Shown: positions 14,301-26,901, counted from the stretch's first letter. The stretch: 64,000 bases of DNA from Perna viridis (GCA_037379345.1 CM074518.1:26412001-26476000); one strand, 5' to 3'. Numbers and translations are program-made. The notes: generated from the letters alone by a model not told the origin.

Positions 14301-17300
14301 AGTACTTTTTGTGACTTCAGAATGAATAAAATACGGGAAATTTCATGTGACATCCTCCTCAGTGTATGGATCATGATGTCTTGTACATGTAAAGTTAAGA
14401 ATAATTTTAATTAAAAATCACATATTTTATTACATGTCTGGGGCAATTTTTGTGCTTGTAAAATTTTAGAAACAGGTACAATTACTTGCATTCACCTACT
14501 TGTATTTCACTAATGTTGTGATTTGAGTGCACACAACTGCCTAATTATCATACAAGTATCTGTACATACATGTATGTTATTACTACCATTGTACTTATTT
14601 TCACAGTGTTTCTATTTTCACAATCAGTAAAAAAAATACATGTATGCCTATACAGTGTAAAGCATTTAGCAAGTGGTGACTTGAATATCTGCAAAAAAAT
14701 TAAGAACCATCTATCTCAAAGAGTCAGAACAATTACAGTTATAGCCAGGGTACTTATACGTTTATACCATCTCTTGTTGGGAAACGAGACATACGACTTG
14801 TGAAAGTTTATATCCTTTAATTTTCAAAAACCAAAGTACATATATTTGAGACAGACAACACACACTAATTATCAAACAGAAGACGAAAAATGTTGTTTCT
14901 GGAAAATAATAAATCAAAAGAAATTGAACTCAACTCATGTATATAATACCACTGAAGTTTACAGACACCACATACTTTGTAAGGTTTTTCAGTTTAGCAG
15001 TATTTTGTCCACCTGCACCAACTGCACAACCTAAAAAATATAAACATTAAACATGATATACTAAATAGATACTGTAAATGTAATGATTTTTGTGGAATAA
15101 TATTTTTCGCTATTTTCGCGGTGGACAGAAAACCACAAAAAAAAGTACTGATTTTTAACATTATGTAGCACATATCTTTTTTTTAACCGCAAAAATTAAT
15201 ATCTTTATGGTAATTAAATGGAAAGAGTGAATAACCAAAATATGTTCATGAGTGCCAAATAATGCACAGATGTAACGAGTGTGCAGAACAAGTTTAACAC
15301 AAATTAAATCTTTTTTTGAAAAGATCGATTATTTTTTGGTTAATCATGATAACCTATCAATTATCCTTTTAATTATATTAATTTTCTACTTAATTTATTG
15401 CTTTTTCCAACCTAAATTTTAATTTTGCAATTGGCTGATTGATATTCATCTTTTGACATTTTGGCGGGAGAAAGTCCAAGACTGAAATTGCCTAATTTAT
15501 TTCCCAGTGTGAATTACTGAAATTCTTTACACAGGGAACATTCTATATATCACTGCTATATACCTGGTATATAATAAATTGATATAATGTATCTTTACAT
15601 AATGAGGTACAAATGTAATTCAGACAAATTCTTCTTAAATTTCTTTTTCTATGAATGCACAACTAATTAAACATGTCAAGAGCTGTTTATATAGAATATA
15701 CCACATCTTTACTTTGGAGATTAATAAAAAAAAAATCTTTTCAACTGTAATTTTGTTGTTTCTTACCATAACTGAACATAAAAAATCAACAAATAGTCTT
15801 CAATACATGTATTGGAACTGTGAAAGGGTTTTAAAACTTAATTCTGAAGTACCGGTACATCAACTATAATGCCAATATTCAATAAACACATGGATCCCAG
15901 GTTACTGCAAAAGTATTAATTATCACAGTTGCTAATTCTCGCAGATTCTGTTGAGTCAATATTTACATAGGTACAAATTTTCATGATTTTAAAAAAAAAG
16001 AAATCATTATATAATGTTAAAAATCAATTTTGTGGGTACTATTTTTCACGCTTTTCTGTTTCGCAGGAATATAGTGAAAATTAGTGCACTGACAAAATTA
16101 ACGCTAACCAACCAAATTTTGATGAAAACATGTACTAACTTCAATGTCAGGATATTGACTATGTTTTACTGCTAATTTGCTCAATAAAATAACAAAAATA
16201 ACTGACTTGGAAAAATCAGTTGGTTTATACATTTAACGAGGTTTGAAATTAGTGGGGACCAACTTGCCAATGGCCCCTAAAATTTGGTGTTGGCTACTAA
16301 AATTCTGCATAGGTTAAAAGAAGTATACATATTGGCAGCTGTGGGCTACCAAGCCAAAATTTTAGGTTAAAACCGTGCAGTTTAATTTTAATGAATAATT
16401 AATTGGAAAGATTAAATAACAAAAATAAGATCACGAGTGCCATAGAAAGCCTAGACTAAACGAATGTGCAGAACATGTTCTGTGCACAAGTTAATTCATA
16501 ATGTGTTCTTAACAAAACTGATCATATTTTGACTATTCATGATAACAAATTGATTATCATATTTATTAAATAGATTTCCTCCATTATTCGTTGCTACTTT
16601 CAACATAAATCTTGAATTTTGTGAATAGACAGATTGATATTCATGTTGTGATGCTTTGTATTGTTTTGGCAGGAGAAACTGCGAGAATAAAATTACTGAA
16701 TTTATTTCAAAATGTGAATTATCAATAATTATTACACTGGGAACATTTGGTAAATCACTGCTATCTATATAATAATCTCCTTAATTGACCCTTCATTCTT
16801 TCTTACCAAATATGATATATATTGTTGATCCCAGGACACCTGCCATCCCAGTTCCACTGGACCAGGCATTTACAAATTTACTGGGAAATAAACGTAAATA
16901 TCCTAAGGCAACACTGGAAAATAAACGTAAATATCCTAAGGCAACACTGGAAAATAAACATACAATTACCTACTGTAATAAAGGATTATTACATAAATAT
17001 TTAAGAATAATATAAATTGCATCATAGTGCCAGTGCACACTATATGATGCCCCAATGACATATCCCCTGTGTCAATTCCTTCAATAAACCTTTCTTTTAC
17101 ATTTTGTATATCAAATGCATTATCCATGAATCCATGCTTTGAAGCTAGCAACTATTTACAATAATTTGATGCATCCTCACTGTATTAAATGTTGACATAC
17201 AATCATTTTAATAATTATTGCAATGATCTTATTAGAGTAAATTGCAAAATGATTATTCCCAATGACAAACAAACTACTTGTACCTTTTATTATCATGTTT

Positions 17301-20300
17301 GAAAAAGAAAAAAAGTTACTAATGGCATCTTTGAATTAAATAAACGAGAAAGTTCAAATCATAACCCTTGCAGTCTTATGATAAATCAGCTTCTAATATC
17401 TCTACACACAGGTTAATAGTGTCTATAGATATGAAAAACTTTCCAAAATATGGATTAGGGCCCAAAAAGGCCTGTGTCCCTGTAATGTTACTTACTTTTC
17501 TCCAAATGCTGCACTTGCACCAACAAAAACCTACAAGTGTTGAATGACAATGTATTCACAAAATATAAAAATATATACACCTAACAAGACTAGGGTACAG
17601 GAGATAATCCCTGATTCAACTATTTACAGATATAAACTGCTGCACATATTTAACTATAAAGAAATGCAACATGTAAGCATGATTTTTTTTGATTTTTTAC
17701 TGACTCAGAATAGCATGATGTATTGTTTTGTTCTTGCCTTATATTTTTCTACATACTGAGTGCTTTACATTTTTGTATTTTTTTATTATTATATTTTTTT
17801 TTGTTTTTTATAATTCATTCTGGTCACTGTATACAAATGGTAGCTGAACTCTCCTGATTATACTTACAATGCAAATGATGGCAAACCAAAAATCAAAGGC
17901 AAAGGCCACACCAAAAAGTCCTGTAAAATAAGTCACATTCTTAGATCAACATTAGACTGTAATTAAATTAGTGTTTAAGCCTTCTTTTTTTCTAAACTGA
18001 AAATTCAATGCTCATGTTAAATCCATCAGAAATTAACAATTTTCTTCTTTGTTCTTATTTATAATCTTATTCTTTAGAAAACATGTACAATACAAAAAAA
18101 CTAAAATAGCATTTTTTTGGTATTACCATTTTCTTTATTATATTGAAGTGAGTTGTCATGTTTTTAGTCATAAGCTTCTCATATGTAATGGGAAATTAAA
18201 ATGATGGAACTCACATTTGATTTACACAGGCCAAAGTATTTCACATGAAATTTAAGTGAAACAAGATTCACAAGAAATTAAAGTGAATTTTACATTAACT
18301 TCATGTGATATACAAGTGACATTCACTTCAAAGGATTTTCATGTGAAGATTTTACATTGAAATTTATGTGAGAGCTTAATTCACATAAATTTCATGTTAA
18401 GTCTATCACAATTTCTCAGTGCAGGAGAAAATCACATGAAATTCAATTAAAAATTATTTGAAAAGACTTTACTAGGTCTCACACTCCCTTTCTTTTTAAA
18501 AGAGCAACATACCTTTATATGTGAACAACACGGGCATACTTGTGAGATAAAGAAGACATGACATAAAAATTTCATTTTTTAAATGTTTATATTTATAAAA
18601 ACTATACAAGTTTAGATACGAGTATAACAAAGGTTTTCTCATCGGGTTAGCACTAAATAAAGTTAGAATGATTTATCTGTGTTATCATGACGACCTAATT
18701 AATATGCATAAATGAAAACCAGAAGTAACACCCACTTACCATATATGGAAGTGCTACGTTATTGGTTCTCAATCTCCATTAGAGTGCATTGAAAATGTAC
18801 ACACATGCCGAAAAAAATTAATAAATCTCAAAAATAGCTTGTATATATAATGCAAAGTGGTCCAATGATCTGTGGATGTGTCCGATAATCGTATTTAGAA
18901 AGTAAGAAGACTAAAGTTCTTCTCGTTTTCTGTCAGCTTTTCACTTTCATTAGGCATACATCCCCATGTGGTGAAAACACAACTACTTTGCACACTATTT
19001 TTAGGACTTGAACAGGTGGATGCAAATACAATAGTGACAGTGTGCATTGTTCTTTTTTTGCCGCTGGCTTATATTAATTAACAAGCCCAGTAGACTTAAT
19101 TATGGCCAAGAGAAACCGTGGGCGGCTTCTTTTATCTTTACATGGTTCGGCGCCTTGTGAAACAAGTGTGGATGCAGGCGTATGACTTTGATAATTGAAA
19201 AAATAATTGCATTTCTTTTGTCTCACTAATTTTGAAATAAAACACTTTACATGGAGAATTTGACACAATTTACAATAGGCGACTCAAAGTGAGTTTAATG
19301 GAGCTATTCTGGTACGAACAATACTTTTTTTTTACAGGTCAGTTAAAATATTCAATTTTAGCAAAAAAGATTTAGAACACGAGGAAGCTTCTGCACGAAA
19401 CCTTTATGCATTCTCAAATAAAATTATCAAAAACCAATAAAAAATAAACATTTTCATATTATTCTATAGCTGTACTTGTGGGGTACTGGTATACTTATCA
19501 GGAGTAACATTGCCTAAAAAAGTATTTCCATTGAAGATCGAGATCGGAACAGTTTAAATCTTAGAATGTGAATTTAATTTACTTTATGTAAAAAGTTCAA
19601 TCGAACATGACAGAACATAATGAATTATTTCTATTTAATCTTGAAACAGAAGTGGTGTCGTATCTCTGTGTATTCTAGTCTTCACACATGTAATAGTTAA
19701 ATATTTCTGTTGTTGTTTATCATTTTCATCTTGAAGTTATTCAAATTGATACAACTGTAAGTATATATTCGTTGGCAAACCAAAACTTTCCATATTTTCA
19801 CTCTCAGTTGTAGTAATCATGTAAAAAGTGCAGAAGCCCCATCCATTTCAACCACTCAATCTACGAATTGAGAACCAATGATGTAGCACGGTCACGTGAC
19901 CACATGGCTAATTAAAATTTGTATGGCTTGGGTCATTGTTGACTTTCAACCAATTTATCTTCAATTAAATGACGTAATTGACTACAAGGGGCATTTTTAT
20001 GATATAAATTAGGTGTAATAAATCACCTAATAAATAAACCAAAAATTGAAAAAAAACCCAATTTTTTGTGTCATGTCTCCTGTAACATAGTTTCTAAAAT
20101 TCAAAATCAATTTTCTTCCATTATAATTATACAACTGCTGCATAGGTCTAATGGCTGCAGAAATGCTTTAATCACTTTAATTAATTACTTTAATCACTGG
20201 TGCATCTTGTGATGGACTATCAATACAACATCTACCAGTGGATATCTAAGTACCAGTCCATATAAAATTCACACACTGCATATAGTATTAGTAGAGGTGA

Positions 20301-23293
20301 TTCATGGCATAGAAAAAAAACATCAAACAAATGATGCATTTTTTGTCTACATATGCCATATTTTTATATAACGATAGTCCTTTTTTGTATTTTGATCTGC
20401 TCTTTTGAGAAAACCATACATTCATCTCCCACTAAAATCAACTTTCTTTGGTTTAATTTGGTTTGGTAAACTAAATTAAACCAAATCAAGAACCAATAAC
20501 TCCTGCAAAATGTCATACACAACCTATTGGATTTTTGACATGCATAAATCACCTTGTCTGATTTTTTTAAAGATTGCTTCTTAATGGGAACAACATTGAA
20601 TTACTATTTTTAACTAGGCTGCTCAAAATAAAATTTAATTAAGTACTTACCAACAAGCATAATCATGGCATTGATGAATATTCTAATACCATAAGGTACT
20701 TTGAGCAATAAAAATCCATTTATACCTAAAACAACGTGTATCATTACTAAGTATATAAACATATAGAAATGTTCCTTTGCGAGGTTTTGGGGGAAACAGA
20801 TATTTTAGAAACAAAATGTTCCGAGTATTATAGAAACAAAATTCTCAGAGTAAACTTAAGATTTGTCATTTTGTATAATTTATTTTGCTACCAGCAACAG
20901 TGTGTATTTGAAGGTATAACAACACTTTTAAAATAGCTATTTTATGTTTATGAAATTTAATTACTGTTTTAGTTGTTGTACCAGTTGACATTTTTCACAT
21001 TTTTTAAAATGCAATTTATACATGGTATGAACAGACAACAAAACTGATAACATTTGTATTTGATAAGCTTCAGACTGATTTAGTGGAGTCTAAGTACTCA
21101 TTTACTTTTGTTACTTTGTATTACTTTGGTCATTTTATGTTATTTGTTGTGTTTGTCTGTTTTCCCTGTCTGGTCTTTGTCCATGGATTACATTCTTTTG
21201 ATTTCTGCAAAAATCTTGGTTTCCTTAATTACTCTCTTATACATGTGATACAGCACCAGTGCCACAAAATTTCAAAAAATACTTAGTAAGAGAAAATTCT
21301 TAAATGTCTGTGACATTATTAATGACAAAGACTTTTATTGGAGTTACCATGGAAGTTAAGAAAGTATTTTAAAACTTTTGTGGCGTCAGGCCTGGGATAT
21401 CTGGAAGACTCGTGAATCAACACATGACCTCAAGTATGTTTTTCACATTTAAGGACTTGTATATATGAAGATTGAATCCCATAATTATGCTCTCTCCTGT
21501 CTGGAAAATTAGAAAAATCTGACCTAGAATTTAATCACAGGTATATGTATGTTTTCAACATTTGTGTACTTTAAGAAAGTTACAACCTATATTTTACCTG
21601 AAAATTGACATGTTTTCTATAAATATCTAAATAAAGAAAAAGCTGTGACATATGATTTCAATGAACTTCACATATTTACATCAATACTTACTTTTTACAA
21701 TGACAGACAAAGCTACATTGGCAAAGAAGACCACTCCTACATTGTTCCTCTGGTTAAAACTGTTAATTAAGTGTATCAGCAATTAGTAAAGCAATATCTT
21801 TGAAAATACTATTTACATTCATTTCAGCAATACACTATACCTATAATTCTTGTTATATTTGAGAGAAAATTCATACAATTAATATGTACATTTGCCATAA
21901 AAGTGATGTCTAATTCATTTTAGTGCTGACGGTAAATCTGATGCTATGGCTTTTGAGAAGTATAGCATTAGATGGTGAAACATATGATATTTCAACATCA
22001 AGGTCAGAACATTGTATGAAGTATCTATCAAAATTATTGCTCCCCCTTACAGAAAGTATGGCTCTCTGATGAACATTTGCCGCAAATATATGGCAACTTT
22101 AGCACAAACTTGTGACAAACACTCCATAGCCTAATATGGAAAGCTTTCATGTTTTGGGGAACATCATGACTACAAAATGTATTGTTATGCCAATGGTATA
22201 TGTACCAGTACTAGCTAGATTTCCTGTAATCAATACTTGTACAATCTAAAATTTACCATTGCAATTGTGCCAAATTTTGTTTTACATTGTTTTAAAAATG
22301 TTAATTTCTCCAAATTTCAAGACACAGATTAATGCAAATATATCTCTAGATAGTACTAAGCTACTTGTTTAATGTAGCCTTAATTGATACATTTGTGTAC
22401 TCATTTATAGCAAAGCAGGTAATCCTGCTAACTAATACATGTAATACCTGTTTGATTGCATACTGTATCCAAATTAAGGTATACACAGAATAGTAAATGA
22501 AATGGGAAGATGTTTAATACCCTCAACGATTTAAATTTATAATAGAAATGAGCATGCTAAAAAGAATTTGAAAGTTCTGGTGATCTTTCAGTGAATGTTT
22601 ACCGAAACGTTGCCAGAAGTTTAAGCAATTTGGCCAAAAGAACATCAACTAAATTTCTTGCAAAGTTACCGCAAACATGAATGGTGACTATAAATTATAG
22701 CAATCTCGCAGTTTATAAACAGCTAAAAGCTGCGATGTTTGCAAAATGTTTGCTGCAAGCCACAAACAAACAGCAACCATTGTGGCAAACAAATTGTTTG
22801 CTGCATATTTGCGGCTTGTGCGGCAAGCTTACAGCAAACATTTCTGTTTGGTCAGGGCCAATATAAACATTAAACCTTATTATAATTTAACACTCTGCCC
22901 CTTATGGGAGGTAGATTTATCTTGAGTGGGAACAAATCATCACTATGACATTCTATTCATAGGGTCAGTATCTCATGGTAGACAAAATATCATAAGACCA
23001 GTGGGTCTAATAGATGTACATTTGTACCTGTACATCTGTACATGATGGTTTTCCTTATTCGCCAATTGCCCAGTCCTTTAAACGTGTACATAAATGTATG
23101 AGTACTCGTTCATTTCTATGTACAGGAATGCCTTTTATTATGGGGCATCCTAACAAGAAGACTTTACACCAAATAAAATTAGAAGATCTTAATTATCAAT
23201 AGAGTACACCTACCTATCTGCTATGGTTTTAGCTGCAGATGTCACAATAACATAAGGTAGATTGTTAATAGATCCTAGCAGAAAAAAGCCAAT
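8257..23293 (-). CDS. CLN3: CLN3/battenin (Btn1) family lysosomal membrane protein; 13 exons reconstructed, about 396 aa plus an unresolved N-terminus
   Basis: Exons in transcript order: 23214-23293, 21692-21759, 20651-20725, 17868-17920, 17496-17530, 16807-16913, 14976-15030, 13376-13548, 12348-12433, 11714-11833, 10254-10364, 9666-9831, 8257-8318. All are GT-AG and phase-compatible. Family motifs: FFLLGSINNLPYVIVTSAA, GASAAFGE, AWSSGTGMAG, VYMFEYVAQG, CYQAGVFVSRSS, VGLLGGASYVN, DRELCINI. Confidence 0.93.
9666..9831 (-). CDS. CLN3: CLN3-like exon IKFIPVYLLPPLMIYVGLLGGASYVNIFYILLNDDKYPEKDRELCINIAALFITV
   Basis: AG/GTAAG sites; GLLGGxxYVN motif. Confidence 0.93.
10254..10364 (-). CDS. CLN3: CLN3-like exon AGVFVSRSSVQLFTIKRIEILSVLQLINMILWLVDVH
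   Basis: AG/GTAAG sites; GVFxSRSS motif. Confidence 0.93.
11714..11833 (-). CDS. CLN3: CLN3-like exon LCLVYMFEYVAQGSAAKVRPKAEYNTGCPELYAALSLCYQ
   Basis: Lies inside ORF 11657..11902; VYxxEY and YQ motifs. Confidence 0.92.
12348..12433 (-). CDS. CLN3: CLN3-like exon SAMESQPKETALGRIWRCFRLILWVSVN
   Basis: AG/GTAAG sites; phases 1/0 fit the neighbouring exons. Confidence 0.88.
13376..13548 (-). CDS. CLN3: CLN3-like exon with a TM helix and acidic cytosolic loop (YAFLLTSPVVLVYLLAFFWIIKRPSEEELIDVKDSDLLGEKEPLLYGSSEGELDEVS)
   Basis: AG/GTAAG sites; contains an ExxxLL motif (EKEPLL). Confidence 0.9.
13568..13914 (-). mobile_element. Decayed SINE-like element in a CLN3 intron
   Basis: On the minus strand, a (CAAT)n-type tail (gattgattgatt) at one end and a degenerate tRNA-like head at the other. 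Confidence 0.5.
14976..15030 (-). CDS. CLN3: CLN3-like exon CAVGAGGQNTAKLKNLT
   Basis: AG/GTATG sites; phases 1/2 fit. Confidence 0.85.
16807..16913 (-). CDS. CLN3: CLN3-like exon VALGYLRLFPSKFVNAWSSGTGMAGVLGSTIYIIF; alternative acceptor would extend it to 16946
   Basis: WSSGTGxAG motif; the acceptor is duplicated by a 33-bp tandem repeat. Confidence 0.92.
17496..17530 (-). CDS. CLN3: CLN3-like micro-exon VFVGASAAFGE
   Basis: AG/GTAAGT sites; xGE motif. Confidence 0.88.
17868..17920 (-). CDS. CLN3: CLN3-like exon LFGVAFAFDFWFAIICI
   Basis: AG/GTAAGT sites; phases 1/0. Confidence 0.88.
18551..20081. mobile_element. Non-autonomous TIR DNA element (Kolobok-like) in a CLN3 intron
   Basis: Ends agaagacatgacataaaaattt and aattttttgtgtcatgtctcct; degenerate TTAA-like flanks (ataa/gtaa); inner inverted blocks attggttctcaat (about 18761) and attgagaaccaat (about 19867). 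Confidence 0.6.
20651..20725 (-). CDS. CLN3: CLN3-like exon INGFLLLKVPYGIRIFINAMIMLV
   Basis: AG/GTAAGT sites; PYxxR motif. Confidence 0.9.
21692..21759 (-). CDS. CLN3: CLN3-like exon FNQRNNVGVVFFANVALSVIVK
   Basis: AG/GTAAGT sites; phases 2/1. Confidence 0.88.
22648..22847. repeat. Repeat of about 200 bp with a near-identical inverted copy at 26502-26701
   Basis: ORFs 22681+ and 26668- translate to almost the same peptide because the two copies are reverse complements. Confidence 0.9.
23214..23293 (-). CDS. CLN3: CLN3-like exon IGFFLLGSINNLPYVIVTSAAKTIAD
   Basis: CLN3 TM1 motif FxxLGxxNNxxYVxxxSAA. Confidence 0.92.
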
Positions 23294-24611
23294 CTGAAAA
23301 TAACATAGGCTAGCAAGATTGTTAATACATCATAGAAAAAAAATCTGAAAATAAAATAAAGTATATTTTTCATAGACCCTAGCAGAAAAAAGCCAATCTA
23401 GAAATATAAACATGAACTAGATTGTAAACAGATCACAATCTCAGAAATAAGCGCCGAAGAGGACCAAAGTAGTCCTTTTAGCCATCTAAAACTGGACTCT
23501 TAAACCTACTATACTTTTTTCACAAGAATCATTTAATCAATAGAAAGCATCTAAGTTATTCACCCAGTTTTCATATCAGAAAATAAATCTCATAAAGTAA
23601 TTTTTTTTTACTCTTCAAAGACAAGAACTCCAACATCGATCAACAGATCTTTATGAAAATTTCGGCATTGGTCCATCTCACCATGCTGATCAATTTTAGC
23701 CCATAATAATTTAGCTAATCCCATTTGTTTTCAAGTTATTTCCATGAGTCCTTCATTTTTTGTAATGACCACCAAGTTTTTCCGACAGACTGAAAATCTC
23801 AACACACAGATTATTAAGGATATCCTAACAAGCATTCATGCCATGTTTGGTAACATTATTCATCCAGTAGATTTTCAAAGTTGGAAATATAAAATTCTGG
23901 CATAGGTCCATCCCATCTTTCTGAACAATTTGACTCCCTGCCAAGTTTTAGTTAATCCCAACTGTTTAGAGTTATTTGCAAAATTCTGCAATTTGACCCC
24001 TATGGTCTATTTTCAGTAACAGTGGCCATGTTTTGCACAAGACCAAAAATCCCCAAGCACAGATTGTCAAAGATGTTCTGAAGAAAATAATGCTATGTTT
24101 TGTTTCAATCTATTCAGTAGTTACAGAAAAGAAGATTTTCTAAGTTAGAAATGTCAATTCAAATGCAAAAATCATTTTCAGGACCCATAACTCAATCATC
24201 CATCAAGGAATCTATCTTCAAAATTTAAAAAAAATTGGCATAGGTCCTTCCTATCATGCTGAACAATTTTTCCTCTAAAGAGTTTAGCTTAATCCAACTG
24301 TTGTTCAGTTATTTGCAAAATTCTGCAATTTAATCCATATGGTCGCCTCAAATGGATTGTTAAAACCACCCTAAGGAACATTCATGCAAAGTTTGGTTAC
24401 AATCCATTCAGTAGTTTCTAAGGAGAAGATGTTCTAAAAACTGACAAAGACTATGACCACAACAGGCAATGATGATGGACACAAAGTGATGGCAATAGCT
24501 CTTCTGGCCACATGAGCTAAATATGCAAGTCATTAACAAAAAACATGTGGGAGTCATTTGCTAATTTCAAAAATCAAAAATATGTTGTTCACCCCAATTT
24601 AAATTTCCTAC

Positions 24612-24689
24612 AAGGAAGTTGATAGCTCTTCTTTTAAACGTTTGATCTTCAATTCTAGAAACTTTCTTGAGATTTGATCTACAATGTAT
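24612..24689 (-). CDS. Possible upstream CLN3-like exon IHCRSNLKKVSRIEDQTFKRRAINFL
   Basis: Good polypyrimidine/CAG acceptor and a phase-0 GTAGGA donor that fits exon 23214-23293; no motif support. Confidence 0.3.
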
Positions 24690-26386
24690 CTGCGTAAATA
24701 GAAATTGAAAACATGAATTAGTTTTCCCATACTACACTGAATCAGATAAAAATTTTGAGAATTGGTTAATTTTAATGATTTTCTTAATTTTAATCAACCT
24801 GTACTGCGACCATTCCCTGAATCAACCCCAATCAATGAACATGCCGAACAGCCATTCAATTCAATAGTTGTGCATACTTTAATACTTGTATATATACATA
24901 TATATTAAAATATAATTTCGATAGGTGAATCATCCTCTCTGTTCACACCTATAAAGAGCTAGCTTTACTTGTACATACCCAGTTTCTAAGGTCAGATCCC
25001 ATTGCATAGCTGTAGTTCTGAAATAGAATAGTGTTAATCATGTATAGCTTATCCAAAACAGGTAACAAATTCACCTGTATATCACATACATGTACAGCCT
25101 TGAATCATATTTTATACAAATACAGAGAAAAGTACTATTGTAATATATCCATTCATCCTTCAAAATATTTTTATTTGTAATCTACAGCTACAATTATATA
25201 AAAAGGTTTGTCACTGAAACAACCTTTATTGCCCACATAAAATATGGTGCCAAAAATGAGTTGACTTTGTTTGTTTTTTATCACTGCTTTCTACATACTG
25301 TGAAAGTACTTTAATATGTGGATATCAATTTTTGTGGATTAGGGAAGTTACACCAGTTGATGGATTCTTGAATTCATGGTTTTGAGGTTTTCAGTATACA
25401 CATCAATGGAAATATTTTTTTCTTTTGGAACCAAATTTCGTTCATGTAATCTTTAACCCTCTTTTTTTCATTTCAACATAAAAATATTTTTTATTTTGAC
25501 ATAACAATATTGGGTATGGGTCAGAACAAGGAGCCAAGTGATAATATGTTAAAATTTATGAGTATTCTTAGGTACAGAAGGCAGTGCATTCATGATCACA
25601 TTATTTAAGGGTGAAGATACATTATAAAGTTAGAAAAGCATATTTCCTATCACCAATTGATCTTTGAGGAAATAAAAATTGTAAAACCTATCTGTAATCA
25701 CCATAACAGACCAAATTAATATGAGCTGCAGAATTTCTCCATTCAGCACCACATATACCCAAGTTATTGATCCACCACTACTAACTCATTGTTAGATGAA
25801 TGGATTTTCTGTACCAGATATACCAATTACAATCTATGAGGATCTCCTGTACATGGTGATCGCAATACTGGTATAAAAAAAATATTCCAGAATTGTATAC
25901 CAGTATTGTACCAGTATTGAAAACTATGACAGTAATTTTTTCCCTGGTATGATAAAGCACTCACTTTCAAATATTCAGGTAATAATAAGACTGTTCCTTT
26001 TGAAAAATCATTTCATGTACAAGTAATGGCAACTGCTAGTTATGTCTCTAGATGATCATTAAACATAAGGACAGAACTCCTCATTTCCTTCACAACAAGC
26101 AACTAAGTCTGAACTTTGATCTGGAAGATCACACAAAATTTGTGTTTATGTGTCAATATTTCCTTGAACATGTACATATATCATTATTGAAAATGAAATT
26201 CGTAGAAATCACATGATATAGAAATGGGAGGTTCTACAAAAAGCAAAGCCAGTTTAAGAATACGGACGAAACGGCGATTGTGTAGTACTTAAGGAGTAGA
26301 AATTGATAAAGGTGATTTTTTTTCATGCGGTATGTATGTTGTGTTCCAAAGTAAATATACCAATTTTACCAAAGTTGTCCTTTTCA

Positions 26387-26504
26387 TGTGCTAGATAACG
26401 ACCCAAAAAATCAGGTTATTTCGTCTCCTTACTATGTCGTACCATATGGTACGACATAGTAAGGAGACGAAATAACCTGATTTTTTGGGTCGTTATCTAG
26501 CACA
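26387..26504. repeat. Perfect 118-bp spacerless palindrome
   Basis: 59-bp arms centred on accat|atggt (26445/26446). Confidence 0.97.
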
Positions 26505-26802
26505 GATATGTTTGCTGTAAGCTTGCCGCACAAGCCGCAAATATGCAGCAAACAATTTGTTTGCCACAATGTTTGCTGTTTGTTTGCGGCTTGCAGCAAA
26601 CATTCTGCAAACATCGCAGCTTTTAGCTGTTTATAAACTGCGATATTGCCATAATTTATAGTCACCATTCATGTTTGCGGTAACTTTGCAAGAAATTTAG
26701 TATATATATATAATCGTCTAAATAATAGTCAACTAGTCAACAATCACTCTTACGGGGTGATGGATCGTTAAAAACGATGCGAAACATAACAATAAATAAA
26801 AT

Positions 26803-26901
26803 ATCACCAGAAGATGGTAAAATTTAAATTGAATATTTCGGATAAGGAAGGATATCTGTTATCCGAAATATTCAATTTAAATTTTACCATCTTCTGGTGA
26901 T
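26803..26901. repeat. Inverted repeat with 43-bp arms and a 13-bp spacer, inside a (TA)n-flanked element
   Basis: atcaccagaag...cggataa [ggaaggatatctg] ttatccg...cttctggtgat. Confidence 0.95.

Noticed and set aside
25720-25780. INNLG...NSAA-like peptide resembling CLN3 TM1
   Set aside because: The true TM1 exon is 23214-23293; no consistent splice sites or hydrophobic helix here.
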